Part shown: one piece after another, positions 30,424 through 40,015 of the stretch
Layout of the letters: each line of letters begins with the position of its first letter
Numbering within the stretch: the stretch's first letter is position 1
Source: an uncultured delta proteobacterium
GTDB taxonomy: Bacteria; Desulfobacterota; Binatia; UBA9968
DNA: 64,000 bases
Reading direction: 5' to 3'
Assembly: GCA_963816145.1 (NCBI GenBank)
Contig: CAWFJP010000003.1
Coordinates: forward strand, 320,001 to 384,000
The notes under the pieces: model-generated
What the model was told of the DNA's origin: nothing
Database searches by the model: none
What the model saw: only the letters and a program-made list of their open reading frames with translations
Position numbers and translations under genes: made by a program

Positions 30424-31443
30424 CTACCGGAGCTTAAATGTCTCCTTCCAGACCGTCTCATATTTTTTCCAATCCTTGATTTCCGCGGTGCCGATCGGGT
30501 AGAGCGTCGCCGGGCGAATTTTTTCGACCGGCTCGACCTTAGGATGCGGCGGTAGGCGACCGCCTGCCGCATAGGCTTTTTGCCCTTCTTCACTGGCGGA
30601 CCAGCGATAGAACAGCTGGGCCCCGTTGGGATGGGGAGCGTCTTTGGCCAAGGCATCGGCGGTGATCGTGGCGATGCCTTCGGTGAGCATAAATCCGAGC
30701 GGCGCGCCCTTTCTGATTCGCGATGGATAGTGATGCGCATAACATGTCACGCAGGCGGCAGCTTGGCCAGCGACGAGGAATTCAGCAAGCTCGGAATGCC
30801 CTTTGTGGAATTCAATATTGTTGGCTGCGAGCCGGCGCAGAAAGTCAAAAGCTTTTTCATCGCTCTTAAACTTATGGCGGGCCAAACCTATCAGCAATTC
30901 GACATCGCGCGGCTCGGCGATCAACTTACCCTTCCATTTCGGATCCGCGAGGTCATCGAACTGCTTGGGCTCGTCTTCTTTTTTCACCAAGTTGGTGTTC
31001 CACGACGCGGTAATGATCACCATGTCCGCGGCCAACCAATTTGAGCTCTTAAGATTGGCCGGGTAAGCGGCGGCTTCCGGCGGCAGCCAGTCAACCGTCA
31101 ACTTCTGGTCGATCACCTGGAGGACATTCTCAAGCGCCATTTGAAACACGTCGGCAAACACCCGCCCGCCGCGCGCCTCCGTGATCGCTCTGGCCGCCAG
31201 TTTGTCCGCTGTGGCGTCGATGTGATTGACCTTCATGCCGGGAAACCGCTTCTCGAAAACAGGCAGAATTCTTTCCGCATTGATCTGCGCCAGAGTGCCG
31301 TAGAAATTGACGGTCCCGCCTTCTTTGAGGGCTTTCTTGTGAAGTTCGTCGAGCGTTTCAGTTTGCGCTGCAAAACCAGAAGGAATAAACCCAAAGAAAA
31401 TTAAAATTAAAACCCACAATTTGATGCCTTTTGTCATTGCCAT
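30424..31443 (-). CDS. ABC solute-binding protein, tandem paralog 3
   Basis: Same family (CVTCYAHHY); RBS GGAGG before ATG 31443. Confidence 0.88.
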   Translation of the reverse strand: MAMTKGIKLWVLILIFFGFIPSGFAAQTETLDELHKKALKEGGTVNFYGTLAQINAERILPVFEKRFPGMKVNHIDATADKLAARAITEARGGRVFADVFQMALENVLQVIDQKLTVDWLPPEAAAYPANLKSSNWLAADMVIITASWNTNLVKKEDEPKQFDDLADPKWKGKLIAEPRDVELLIGLARHKFKSDEKAFDFLRRLAANNIEFHKGHSELAEFLVAGQAAACVTCYAHHYPSRIRKGAPLGFMLTEGIATITADALAKDAPHPNGAQLFYRWSASEEGQKAYAAGGRLPPHPKVEPVEKIRPATLYPIGTAEIKDWKKYETVWKETFKLR

Positions 31444-31475
31444 AACCCCTCCTTGTTCTCTTCCGTTCAACTCGA

Positions 31476-32558
31476 TTATTTTTTGGCCGGCGTCTTTAAC
31501 ACGGTCTGCAATTTGTTCTTCAAATCGTTGGGCATGCCGAGAAACTCGGTGACCAGCTTGGTGATGGTACTGCCGATCAACGGATCGATTTCCAGGCGGC
31601 CCTTGTCAGCATCGGCGATCAGTTCCTTGTCTTTGAACACTTTGGCAAACGCGCTTTCGAGCGCCGCGGCTCGGTCGGGCACTGTCCCTGGAGGCAAGAG
31701 GTAGACTTTGCCGAAGTCGTTGGGCGTGCTGGTGCCGTACTTGAGCAGCAATCGCTGTTCTTCCGAGCGAGCAATCTTCTGGATGGTCGGCACGTTGGGG
31801 ATGATCAAATCTTTCATCGGGGTTTCGGTGAGTTGAGCCAAAATCACCCATTCGCCGCTTCTGACTTTATCCATGGACGTCACTTTCGAAGATGTCCAAG
31901 TGTTGAAGAAGCCGTCAACCTCGCCGCTGTCCAACGCCAAGCGCACATCAGCGGTGCCCTTGTAGCCGGAAACCACCTTGAGATTGGTATTGAGGACTTC
32001 TTTGACCATGATCGGCGCATGCTCGACGGTGGAGCCAGGAATTGCCCCCATGGTCAGCAGCTTGCCTTTCTCACCTCTGACATCGTCGAACTTGGTGATA
32101 CCGGTGCGCTTATGGGCGATCATTAGGTAGCTCTCACTTACCGGCACGGCGAGATAGCGGAACTTGCCCATATCGTATTGTACCGCCGGATTGCCGAAGA
32201 GCTGCTCCAATACGATGGGACCGGAGATGTTGCCTATGACCGTGCCGTCTTTGGGCGCGGCGTTGTACATATGATTGGCCGCGATCATGCTGCCGACGCC
32301 GGCCATATTGTCGACCAACACGTTCGGATTGCCGGGTATGTAGCGCGACAGGTGGCGCGCGATCAACCGGGAATATTGATCGTAGCCGCCGCCGGCTGAA
32401 AAGCCGACGACGATACGCACTGTCTTGCCGCGGTAAAAATCGGCGACGGCTTTCTCGTCAAAGCCGGCTTTCGGAGCGACCGGTTGGGCCGCCCATAGCG
32501 ATTGCGTACAAATCGTGAGACTGACAATCACCGACAAAATCCAACTTGCTAAACTCAT
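31476..32558 (-). CDS. Tripartite tricarboxylate transporter binding protein (TctC/Bug-like)
   Basis: FYRGKTVRIVVGFSAGGGYD, PGNP...NMAG, GYKGTAD..LA...GEVDG. Confidence 0.85.
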   Translation of the reverse strand: MSLASWILSVIVSLTICTQSLWAAQPVAPKAGFDEKAVADFYRGKTVRIVVGFSAGGGYDQYSRLIARHLSRYIPGNPNVLVDNMAGVGSMIAANHMYNAAPKDGTVIGNISGPIVLEQLFGNPAVQYDMGKFRYLAVPVSESYLMIAHKRTGITKFDDVRGEKGKLLTMGAIPGSTVEHAPIMVKEVLNTNLKVVSGYKGTADVRLALDSGEVDGFFNTWTSSKVTSMDKVRSGEWVILAQLTETPMKDLIIPNVPTIQKIARSEEQRLLLKYGTSTPNDFGKVYLLPPGTVPDRAAALESAFAKVFKDKELIADADKGRLEIDPLIGSTITKLVTEFLGMPNDLKNKLQTVLKTPAKK

Positions 32559-32669
32559 CTAGTTACCTTCCTGCATGTTGCTCTTTATGGTTGCACCCAT
32601 CGATCGGATCTCGTGTTGATGATTTAGACGATGGCGAAGACTGGACCTTCAGATACTTAAATTACCGCT

Positions 32670-33641
32670 TTAAAGGTTTTCCAGTTTCTTCAATGTCGCG
32701 CCGTAATCCTCCACCGCTTTGTCGATCGGATAATCGGGCTCATAGCCGAGCTGATCCTTGGCGCGCGAGAAGTCGCTCGATAACCGGGACTCTGGATAAG
32801 GCATGGGATTTTCAGCTTTGACCAGCTCGATGTTGGAGCCGGGGAATTTTTGGCGGATCGCTTGAACGATGTCCTCGCCGCTAACCATGTCGGCATTGCC
32901 GATATGAAAGAGCGTATCCTTGAACTTGTCCTTACACACCGCCAGGACAGTTCCCTTGGCGGCATCCTTGCCGTAGAGAATTTCCGACGGACCATAAGGC
33001 CAATTAATCTTTGCCGCCTCGCCTTTGACTGCGGCGCGAACCATTTGTTGAATCGCGATCTCCCGCGTCGCTTTGAGCGCCGCCGGTGACGGTCCATAGA
33101 GCCCGCCGGTGTAGCGAAGGCAGATGAACTCAAAGCCGTAGCGTTTGGCGTAGGCGCGGCCCATAAATTCGCAGCTCGCCTTGGTCGCAGCGTAAACCGA
33201 CGGTGGGTTCATCGGGATATTCTCGTCGATTTGCTTGATGCCCTCGCCAAGAGAACCAAGATAGACGGTTCCGGAACTCGGGAATACCACGCGCTTGACG
33301 TTTTCCAGGCGGGCCGCCTCAAAGACATTGATGGTGCCCATGAAGTTCAGACGCACGCCGCTGTAGGGGCGGCGCTGGACCTCCTCACCGAGAAAGGCTG
33401 CCAGGTGAATGATCTGATCGCAATCGTGGTCGCGGACCGCCGAGATCAGCGCCGGCATGTCCGCCATGTCGCCGCGGATCATCGTCACCTTGCTAGTGTC
33501 GACGCCGACGGCGCCGAGCAACCGCTCGTTGAGCGCGACGTCAAAGATGACCGGGCGCTCGCCGCGTTCCATCAGCATCTGGACTGCATAGGCGCCGACC
33601 AAACCTGAACCGCCGGTAATCAGAATGCCCTTCTTAGCCAT
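32670..33641 (-). CDS. NAD-dependent epimerase/dehydratase (extended SDR)
   Basis: ITGGSGLVG, IHLAA, YAATK. Confidence 0.88.
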   Translation of the reverse strand: MAKKGILITGGSGLVGAYAVQMLMERGERPVIFDVALNERLLGAVGVDTSKVTMIRGDMADMPALISAVRDHDCDQIIHLAAFLGEEVQRRPYSGVRLNFMGTINVFEAARLENVKRVVFPSSGTVYLGSLGEGIKQIDENIPMNPPSVYAATKASCEFMGRAYAKRYGFEFICLRYTGGLYGPSPAALKATREIAIQQMVRAAVKGEAAKINWPYGPSEILYGKDAAKGTVLAVCKDKFKDTLFHIGNADMVSGEDIVQAIRQKFPGSNIELVKAENPMPYPESRLSSDFSRAKDQLGYEPDYPIDKAVEDYGATLKKLENL

Positions 33642-33726
33642 CTTAAAGCCCCCATGACCAAAGTCGTGCTTTCAGTATATCAAACGAGATATTGAGTCAA
33701 CGTGTATTTCCAGGGATTTGCCAATA

Positions 33727-33741
33727 GTTGCAAATTGCAAC
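33727..33741. promoter_or_regulatory. Perfect palindrome GTTGCAA-A-TTGCAAC, candidate operator
   Basis: 7-1-7 inverted repeat in the AT-rich spacer between divergent genes. Confidence 0.5.
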
Positions 33742-33852
33742 CATCCTACAAGTTTAACTTATACAGCGAAATAACCGCCCCGGTATGTTGACCAAAGATT
33801 AAATTCCCGCATTATGTCGGCCGTAACGTCTAACGGAATGGAGGAAAGCCTG

Positions 33853-34845
33853 ATGTCCATCAAAACCACTTTATCCACGCTAGCGGTACTGATCGCGGCG
33901 CTCCTTCTAAGCCAGCAGGTCTTCGCTCAAGAAAGACTGCGCCTGGCCTGGGCCGGTTTCAGCCCGACCAATAGTCCCATCTGGGTAATTGAAGATCGAA
34001 AACTCTTACAGAAACAAGGCGTCGAACCGGAGATCATTGCGATTAGCGCCAGTCCGACGGTTCTACAAGCGCTTCTCGCCAATGAAATCGAAGCGGCGAG
34101 CATCTCGGTAACCACTCTGACAAGCTCGCGCCTAGCCGGTGCCGATACGGTAATGATCGTTGGCGTGGTGCCGACTTTTGTCGACCATATCATTTCGCTC
34201 TCGGGCATTTCTAAAGTCGAGCAACTGAAGGGCAAAATCGGCGGCGTCAATCGCCTGGGCAGCACCTCGGATTTGGGCCTTCGGCTGGCATTGAGAAAAC
34301 TCGGAGTCGATCCGGAAAAGGACGTAAAAATCATCCCCGTAGGAGGCAACCCCGAGCGCTTTGCGGCGCTTTCCAAAGGGGTGACCCAATTCACTATTAT
34401 GCCGGAGCCATTTCTGACTCAGGCGGAGCGGCTCGGCTTTCGTAATCTCTATAATGTTTCCGAACTGAAAATTCCATTTTGGTGGAACGGAATATTGACC
34501 CGTGACAGCATCGTCAAGGCTAAACGGCCGCTGATGCTAAAGCTCGCCCGCGCCATGGTCGAAGCAATCCATATTATCAAGACCGAAAAAGACTACGCCA
34601 TCAGAATCTTCAAAAAGAATCTCGGCGTATCCGACCCTGAAGGCTTGGAACGAGCCTACAAAGATTACTCGAATATTTTCCCGGAAGTTCCCTACCCAAC
34701 AGCCGATGGCGTCAAGACCATGCTCGATGACCTTGCGCCGAAAAACCCAAAAGCGGCAAGCGCCGATCCGACGGCATTTGTCGATCAGAGCCTAATCAAA
34801 GAATTAGACTCGTCAGGCTTCATCAAACAGCTGTACAAGAAGTAA
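33853..34845 (+). CDS. ABC substrate-binding protein, SsuA/NMT1 type
   Basis: Signal peptide, QLKGKIGGVNRLGSTSD, ELDSSGFIKQLY. Confidence 0.85.
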   Translation: MSIKTTLSTLAVLIAALLLSQQVFAQERLRLAWAGFSPTNSPIWVIEDRKLLQKQGVEPEIIAISASPTVLQALLANEIEAASISVTTLTSSRLAGADTVMIVGVVPTFVDHIISLSGISKVEQLKGKIGGVNRLGSTSDLGLRLALRKLGVDPEKDVKIIPVGGNPERFAALSKGVTQFTIMPEPFLTQAERLGFRNLYNVSELKIPFWWNGILTRDSIVKAKRPLMLKLARAMVEAIHIIKTEKDYAIRIFKKNLGVSDPEGLERAYKDYSNIFPEVPYPTADGVKTMLDDLAPKNPKAASADPTAFVDQSLIKELDSSGFIKQLYKK

Positions 34846-34869
34846 CTTGCCCGACGCAGGGTGTGATTT

Positions 34870-34903
34870 GGGGAGTGAGGCGCGCAGCCTTGCTCCCCTT
34901 TTT
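34870..34903 (+). terminator. Rho-independent terminator
   Basis: GGGGAGTGAGGC-GCGCA-GCCTTGCTCCCC-TTTTT. Confidence 0.65.
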
Positions 34904-35030
34904 ACACCAAGTCACATGGCGCTTTGCGCAATACCGGCCGGCCGTGAGAGCTTGAACGCTTGAAATTCGTTGATCGACTGGGATAAGGAACATTGATCCG
35001 AAGCGCCAAAGTACAGGGGAGGCAGGACTC

Positions 35031-35864
35031 ATGGCGGAAATCATTTTAAAAGACGAGCACGACATGCTCCGTCCAGGACTCGGACGACTGAAGGGTAAAG
35101 TTGCGATCATCACCGGCGCCAACAGCGGCATAGGCCGCGCCACCGCGCGGTTGTTCGCGCGCGAGGGTGCGAAGGTCGTGTGCTGCGATATTCAGGAAAC
35201 CATCTCGCCGCGCATCGACATTCTGATCAAGGAAAAAGAAGCCGGCGACGCAGTGTTCGCCCATTGCGATGTCACCAAGCAGGAAGACTTGGATCGCGCC
35301 GTCAAGACTGCCGTCGACACTTTTGGCAAGGTCGATATACTTTACAACAATGCTGGCGCCGGTATTCGCAAGAAGGTCCACGAACACACCGACGAGGAAT
35401 GGAATTTTGTCGTGAATACCAACTTGAACGCCATGTACCGCGGCGCCCGCGCGGTGATGCCGCAGTTCATCAAACAAGGCAGCGGCAACATGGTGACGAC
35501 CGCGTCGACGTTCGGTCTACTCGCCTCGGCGGAATATCCGGGCTACTGCGCCACCAAGGCGGCGATCATCAATCTGACCCGGGAAATGGCCATCGATTAC
35601 GGCCCGCTGGGAATCCGCGTCAACTGCGTCTGCCCCGGCGCCATCGAAACGCCGCGCTTCAGAGGGTTTCCACCGCGGCCGACGCTCGGTGAAGGCATGA
35701 CCGACGAGCAAAGAAAGAAGATGGGCGCCAGCAATAAAGCGCTGCTGAGAATGGGCCGTCCCGAAGAGATCGCCTACGGTGTGCTCTTTTTAGTGTCTGA
35801 CGAAGCAACCTTCGTCACCGGCCACGCCCTGGTGGTCGACGGCGGACAAACCATCGCGGTGTAG
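35031..35864 (+). CDS. SDR oxidoreductase
   Basis: TGANSGIG, NNAG, YCATK, VDGG. Confidence 0.92.
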   Translation: MAEIILKDEHDMLRPGLGRLKGKVAIITGANSGIGRATARLFAREGAKVVCCDIQETISPRIDILIKEKEAGDAVFAHCDVTKQEDLDRAVKTAVDTFGKVDILYNNAGAGIRKKVHEHTDEEWNFVVNTNLNAMYRGARAVMPQFIKQGSGNMVTTASTFGLLASAEYPGYCATKAAIINLTREMAIDYGPLGIRVNCVCPGAIETPRFRGFPPRPTLGEGMTDEQRKKMGASNKALLRMGRPEEIAYGVLFLVSDEATFVTGHALVVDGGQTIAV

Positions 35865-35876
35865 AGCGAAGATCCC

Positions 35877-35939
35877 GAGTAATGGAGTACTGGAGCTCTG
35901 AAGCGACGGATTGTTGCAAGAATCCGAGCTCGATACTCC
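35877..35939. repeat. 8-bp-period GGAGTAnT repeat with inverted partner
   Basis: GAGTAATGGAGTACTGGAGCTC ... GAGCTCGATACTCC. Confidence 0.55.
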
Positions 35940-35940
35940 T

Positions 35941-36462
35941 TTATTCCGTCTTCTTCTTGATGCATTCACAACTCTGCACCGGGCAGCTTTCACGGAACTG
36001 TTGAAACGCCAAATACGCGTCGGTGGCACTTTCGGCGTAAGGTATCTTTTCAGCCTCAACGTCGTAGATCAGATCCGTCGCGGCAATCCGGCCCCACCAG
36101 GGACGCATGAAAAGCAGTCTCTCATTGACCCACTTCACCTCTGAAAGACCGAAGAGTTCGGCAAACTCGATGCGAATCAGATAAGTCTTCTCGGCGTAGA
36201 TCGTTACCGTGCCGCTGGGCCGGCCGCCTTCGGTGATAAAGAAATAACCTTTGTTCGGCGAAAAAATACCCGGTTTAAGCAGCGTGTTGTTGAGTTTACG
36301 GATTACCGTGTTGGCTTGCCAAACGGCGTCCAAGTCGCCGCCATGAATGCTGCGCTCTTCCCGCCAGCAATCCGGTGGCGCGCCGGGCCAGAGTCTTTCA
36401 GCTGCATTGCCGACTGTAGCGCAAGCGAAACAAACGCTCAGAAGAACAATTCGAAAAAACAT
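35941..36462 (-). CDS. Hypothetical exported protein
   Basis: Signal peptide from MFFRIVLL; beta-rich body with WVNERLLFMRPWWGRI; Cys-rich tail. Confidence 0.65.
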   Translation of the reverse strand: MFFRIVLLSVCFACATVGNAAERLWPGAPPDCWREERSIHGGDLDAVWQANTVIRKLNNTLLKPGIFSPNKGYFFITEGGRPSGTVTIYAEKTYLIRIEFAELFGLSEVKWVNERLLFMRPWWGRIAATDLIYDVEAEKIPYAESATDAYLAFQQFRESCPVQSCECIKKKTE

Positions 36463-36606
36463 GGATAGCCCCGTACCGAGGATCTGCCGAAAGTAGACCA
36501 TCGATCCATCCCGTGACGGAAAGCTGCCTAGTGCAGGAATCCAACGGATTGTCATCGTTGCACTCGAGCTTGCGCTTAATCGGCAAGATCACGACGATAT
36601 TCAACG

Positions 36607-37479
36607 TCAACCAGCAGAGCCAACGGGAGGCGAAACTAGCCTCGGCGCGAGCGCCCCGGCAGATTGACCACCCAGTAGATACTCCCGAGCGAACACCTCG
36701 ATGGCGTGGGCAAGATCATTGGCCGTGCGCTCGAGGTTCGCCTGCGCGCGCAAGTTTCTCCCAAGCTCCAACTGAATGGCATCGATCTTTGTTCCCTGGT
36801 GGCTGCCATAGGTACGGGTGGTAAAACCGCCGGTGTAGCGCGTCTCGCGATCTTGGCCGGTCAAGTCCGGCAGAATTTTATAACCGATCGACGCGAGGTG
36901 TCCCAACACGCTCTTGGGTCCGCTCAGTGCAGCATTGCCAAATTGTTTTTGCAGTTGGCTAACGCTCCGACCGTTATCAGTGCCGCGGAAAATGGTCTCT
37001 GGTAGCGCCCCTTGGGCATGAATATCGAGCAACAGGCCGCCGCCCCACTGTTGTCGAATCGTCTCAGCCGATTCTTGAATCGCGCGGTGATAGCTCTCGT
37101 AATAGGGTTTGGCTTCCGGCGTTTCATAGGCTGCCCTCGGTTCGCGGTTGGCGTCGATAAATTTACGCTCGAAACGGGCGATGATCAGAAACGGTGTGAT
37201 GCCGAATTTTTCGCGCAGCTTAAGCGCTACGGTTTCAGCCAGCTCCGCCGTGTTGCCGTCTCGCTCGGCGGTGAATTGCGCCACACCGACACCCCGGCGC
37301 GGCGCGATACCCGGGATCGCCTCTCGGCCGCCATGGGGTGCCGCAAGAATGACCGGCAATGTGCCGGCCCACAAAGTTAAAAGTTTGTCGTTCTCGCCAA
37401 GATTTTGCGCGACCGCATAGGAATGCAACAGCGCGACAGCCGCAAACAACAAACAGCGGATAACTCGGACTCTAGTCAT
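36607..37479 (-). CDS. N-formylglutamate amidohydrolase-like Zn-peptidase-fold protein, exported
   Basis: APHGG, DANR, YH, LLDIH, IQLE; signal peptide. Confidence 0.7.
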   Translation of the reverse strand: MTRVRVIRCLLFAAVALLHSYAVAQNLGENDKLLTLWAGTLPVILAAPHGGREAIPGIAPRRGVGVAQFTAERDGNTAELAETVALKLREKFGITPFLIIARFERKFIDANREPRAAYETPEAKPYYESYHRAIQESAETIRQQWGGGLLLDIHAQGALPETIFRGTDNGRSVSQLQKQFGNAALSGPKSVLGHLASIGYKILPDLTGQDRETRYTGGFTTRTYGSHQGTKIDAIQLELGRNLRAQANLERTANDLAHAIEVFAREYLLGGQSAGALAPRLVSPPVGSAG

Positions 37480-37548
37480 TCGTGAGCTGTGACCTGGTGC
37501 CGGCAAGTGTCTCCAACTCCTCTGCGACTGCCCGGCTGGGCAAATCGG

Positions 37549-38274
37549 TTATTTGGGCTCCGGCATCTTGGCAGAAAGTTTCTTCACGAACTCGGGAGGA
37601 AACGGCTCGGCTTTGAGGTCACGCGCGCGCTTGGCTTTGACCCATGCTTCGGAATAGCGCTCCTGATCGTATAGCGAGATCGCCCACTCGCGCCAGCCGG
37701 ATGCAAACTTGGGATCGTTTTCCAAGCTTTCGGTGAAGCGGCTATTGGCGACGATGAAATGATGCGCCCGCTCCAATTGCTGGTCAGCGCCAAGCCGAGC
37801 GGCGTACTCCGAATGCACGTTGCCGAGATCGGCGAGCAATGCCGGTCTCTGGGTCGGATCGTCGATCAACTCTCGCGCGGTCTCAAGTTGCTCTATGGCA
37901 TCCAACAATCTGCCCCGCTCGCTCAGGATCGCGCCGAACCCCCAGAATGCGCTGTAATTTTTTGGATTGAGCAGCCAGGCATGATTGAAACGCACCATCG
38001 CCGCATCGAGTTGCTTGGCTCGCACCGCTGTCCAACCCTGCGTCGCGAAGGCCATGCTCGCCGCTTGGCGGGTCTTATAGCGCAGTGTGTTGTCACGAAT
38101 AAACGCTTCATCGGCTTGCTTCTGCTTGTCCGATCGGGCAACTTTCGGCTGGCCGAACATGGGCAGCGTGTCCGTGATGTCCGAAGTTTCCGCGGCCCGC
38201 GCCACTGCCGTCAGCGACATGACTAACCCTAAGACCAAGATCCCCAAGAAACCAAAGCCGCGCAAAGTTCTCAT
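37549..38274 (-). CDS. Exported TPR-repeat protein
   Basis: LPMFG, AMVRFNHAWLLNP...WGFG; helical repeats. Confidence 0.75.
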   Translation of the reverse strand: MRTLRGFGFLGILVLGLVMSLTAVARAAETSDITDTLPMFGQPKVARSDKQKQADEAFIRDNTLRYKTRQAASMAFATQGWTAVRAKQLDAAMVRFNHAWLLNPKNYSAFWGFGAILSERGRLLDAIEQLETARELIDDPTQRPALLADLGNVHSEYAARLGADQQLERAHHFIVANSRFTESLENDPKFASGWREWAISLYDQERYSEAWVKAKRARDLKAEPFPPEFVKKLSAKMPEPK

Positions 38275-38337
38275 TCAAACGACCGCCTTTAACTGACGCA
38301 TAGTCGCTGCTTTTCTGATTAGACGCAATAACTCACC

Positions 38338-38366
38338 TTGACACCTAAAAACATCTAAGGCTATTT
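38338..38366 (+). promoter_or_regulatory. Sigma70-type promoter
   Basis: TTGACA-17 nt-TATTTT, ending 31 nt upstream of ATG 38398. Confidence 0.6.
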
Positions 38367-38397
38367 TGACGGCAAATCAATTTACTGGAGAAATTTT

Positions 38398-39168
38398 ATG
38401 ATTCAAGGATTGAAAGACAAAGTGGTCATCGTCACCGGCGGCGGCCATGGCATCGGGCGAGCCTATTGTCACGGCTTCGCCGAAGCGGGAGCAAAAGTCG
38501 TGGTCGCCGATATCGACGCGCCGGCCGCCGAAAAAGTCGCCGGCGAGGTGGTCAAACAGTTCGACGGCAAAGCGCTGGCGGCGAAAGTCGATGTTGCCAA
38601 CGAGCAATCGACCAAAGACATGGCCAAACTGGCGCTCGACAAGTTCAATCGCATCGACGTGCTGGTCAACAACGCGGCAATCTTCTCGACCATTCCGATG
38701 AACCGCGGCGGCATCGACACCATTGACCCAGCAGAATGGGACCGCATGATGACGGTCAATCTCAAAGGTTTATTTTTCTGCACCCGCGCCGTGTTGCCGG
38801 CCATGCGCCAACAAAAGGCCGGTAAGATCATCAACATTTCTTCCGGCACCGCGCTCAACGGCAGCGCCGGGCGCATCCATTACGTCACCTCGAAGGCAGG
38901 TGTAATCGGCTTCACCCGGACTTTAGCTCGTGAAGTCGGCGAAGACAACATCAATGTCAATGCCATCGCCCCGGGCTCGACCTTGTCGGAAGAAAATCCC
39001 ACCGAAGAAGTTCTCAAGATGCGCGGCGCCCGCTTGGCCGACCGCGCGTTGAAGCGCGTGCAGTTGCCCAAGGATCTCGTCGGCACCATGTTATTCCTCG
39101 CCTCGCCGTTGAGCGACTTCATGACCGGGCAGACCGTTGCCGTCGACGGCGGCGTCTGCTTTCTATAG
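38398..39168 (+). CDS. SDR oxidoreductase
   Basis: TGGGHGIG, NNAA, YVTSK; paralog of the SDR at 8794-9539. Confidence 0.92.
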   Translation: MIQGLKDKVVIVTGGGHGIGRAYCHGFAEAGAKVVVADIDAPAAEKVAGEVVKQFDGKALAAKVDVANEQSTKDMAKLALDKFNRIDVLVNNAAIFSTIPMNRGGIDTIDPAEWDRMMTVNLKGLFFCTRAVLPAMRQQKAGKIINISSGTALNGSAGRIHYVTSKAGVIGFTRTLAREVGEDNINVNAIAPGSTLSEENPTEEVLKMRGARLADRALKRVQLPKDLVGTMLFLASPLSDFMTGQTVAVDGGVCFL

Positions 39169-39178
39169 AAGTAATCCC

Positions 39179-40015
39179 ATGGCCGGATATCAACACCGCA
39201 CGATTCACATCGGCGACATTAAAACCCATTTCCTGGAAGCCGGCAGCGGTCCCGATCTCGTTTTGCTACATGGCGGTGAATACGGCGCCTCGGCGGAGAT
39301 CACTTGGCGCCATAACATCGAAGCGTTGGCTAAAACGTTTCACGTCATTGCTCCGGATACCTTAGGTTGGGGACAGACGGACAAAGTTTACAGTTTCAGC
39401 GACCCCGCCGGCCTGCGCATCAAACATCTGCAGCGGTTCCTCGAATCGTTGGGCATCGGCAAGGCGTTCTTTGTCGGCAACTCCGCCGGCGGCGGCCTGG
39501 TGTTGCGCGCGTCGGTGCGCCAACCGGCGCCGCTGCAAATTCGCAAAATGGTCACCATCTGCGGCAATGCCAGTGTGTTTAAGACCCATTCGCAAGCGGA
39601 CTTGGAAAACTATACGCCGTCGCTGGATAACATGAAAAAGATCGTTGCACTGCTTTTCCACGATAAAAAGTGGCAGAGCGATGAAATCATTCGCGAGCGT
39701 TATGAAAGCTCGATCTTGCCCGGCGCCTGGGAAACCCTGTCGGCGGCGCGCCTGCGCAGCCCCGTGCATCAAGTCCGCTCGACCACCGACGAGTTCGTCA
39801 AGCAGTTGGCGCAGTTGACCATTCCGCTGCTGCTCATGTCCTGCGAGCATGATCCGCTCAACCAAAGCGATTGGGACCTGAACTTGCAAAAAATTATCCC
39901 CGGCTCCAAGGTGCATCGCTTTGAACATTCGGCCCATGAGCCGCAGATCGAGGAGAGCGAAGAGTTCAATCGGGTGCTGAGCGAATTTTTACTAAGCGAG
40001 GGAAACAAACCATGA
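39179..40015 (+). CDS. Alpha/beta hydrolase, meta-cleavage-product hydrolase-like
   Basis: LLHGG, VGNSAGG nucleophile elbow, AHEPQIE. Confidence 0.8.
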   Translation: MAGYQHRTIHIGDIKTHFLEAGSGPDLVLLHGGEYGASAEITWRHNIEALAKTFHVIAPDTLGWGQTDKVYSFSDPAGLRIKHLQRFLESLGIGKAFFVGNSAGGGLVLRASVRQPAPLQIRKMVTICGNASVFKTHSQADLENYTPSLDNMKKIVALLFHDKKWQSDEIIRERYESSILPGAWETLSAARLRSPVHQVRSTTDEFVKQLAQLTIPLLLMSCEHDPLNQSDWDLNLQKIIPGSKVHRFEHSAHEPQIEESEEFNRVLSEFLLSEGNKP

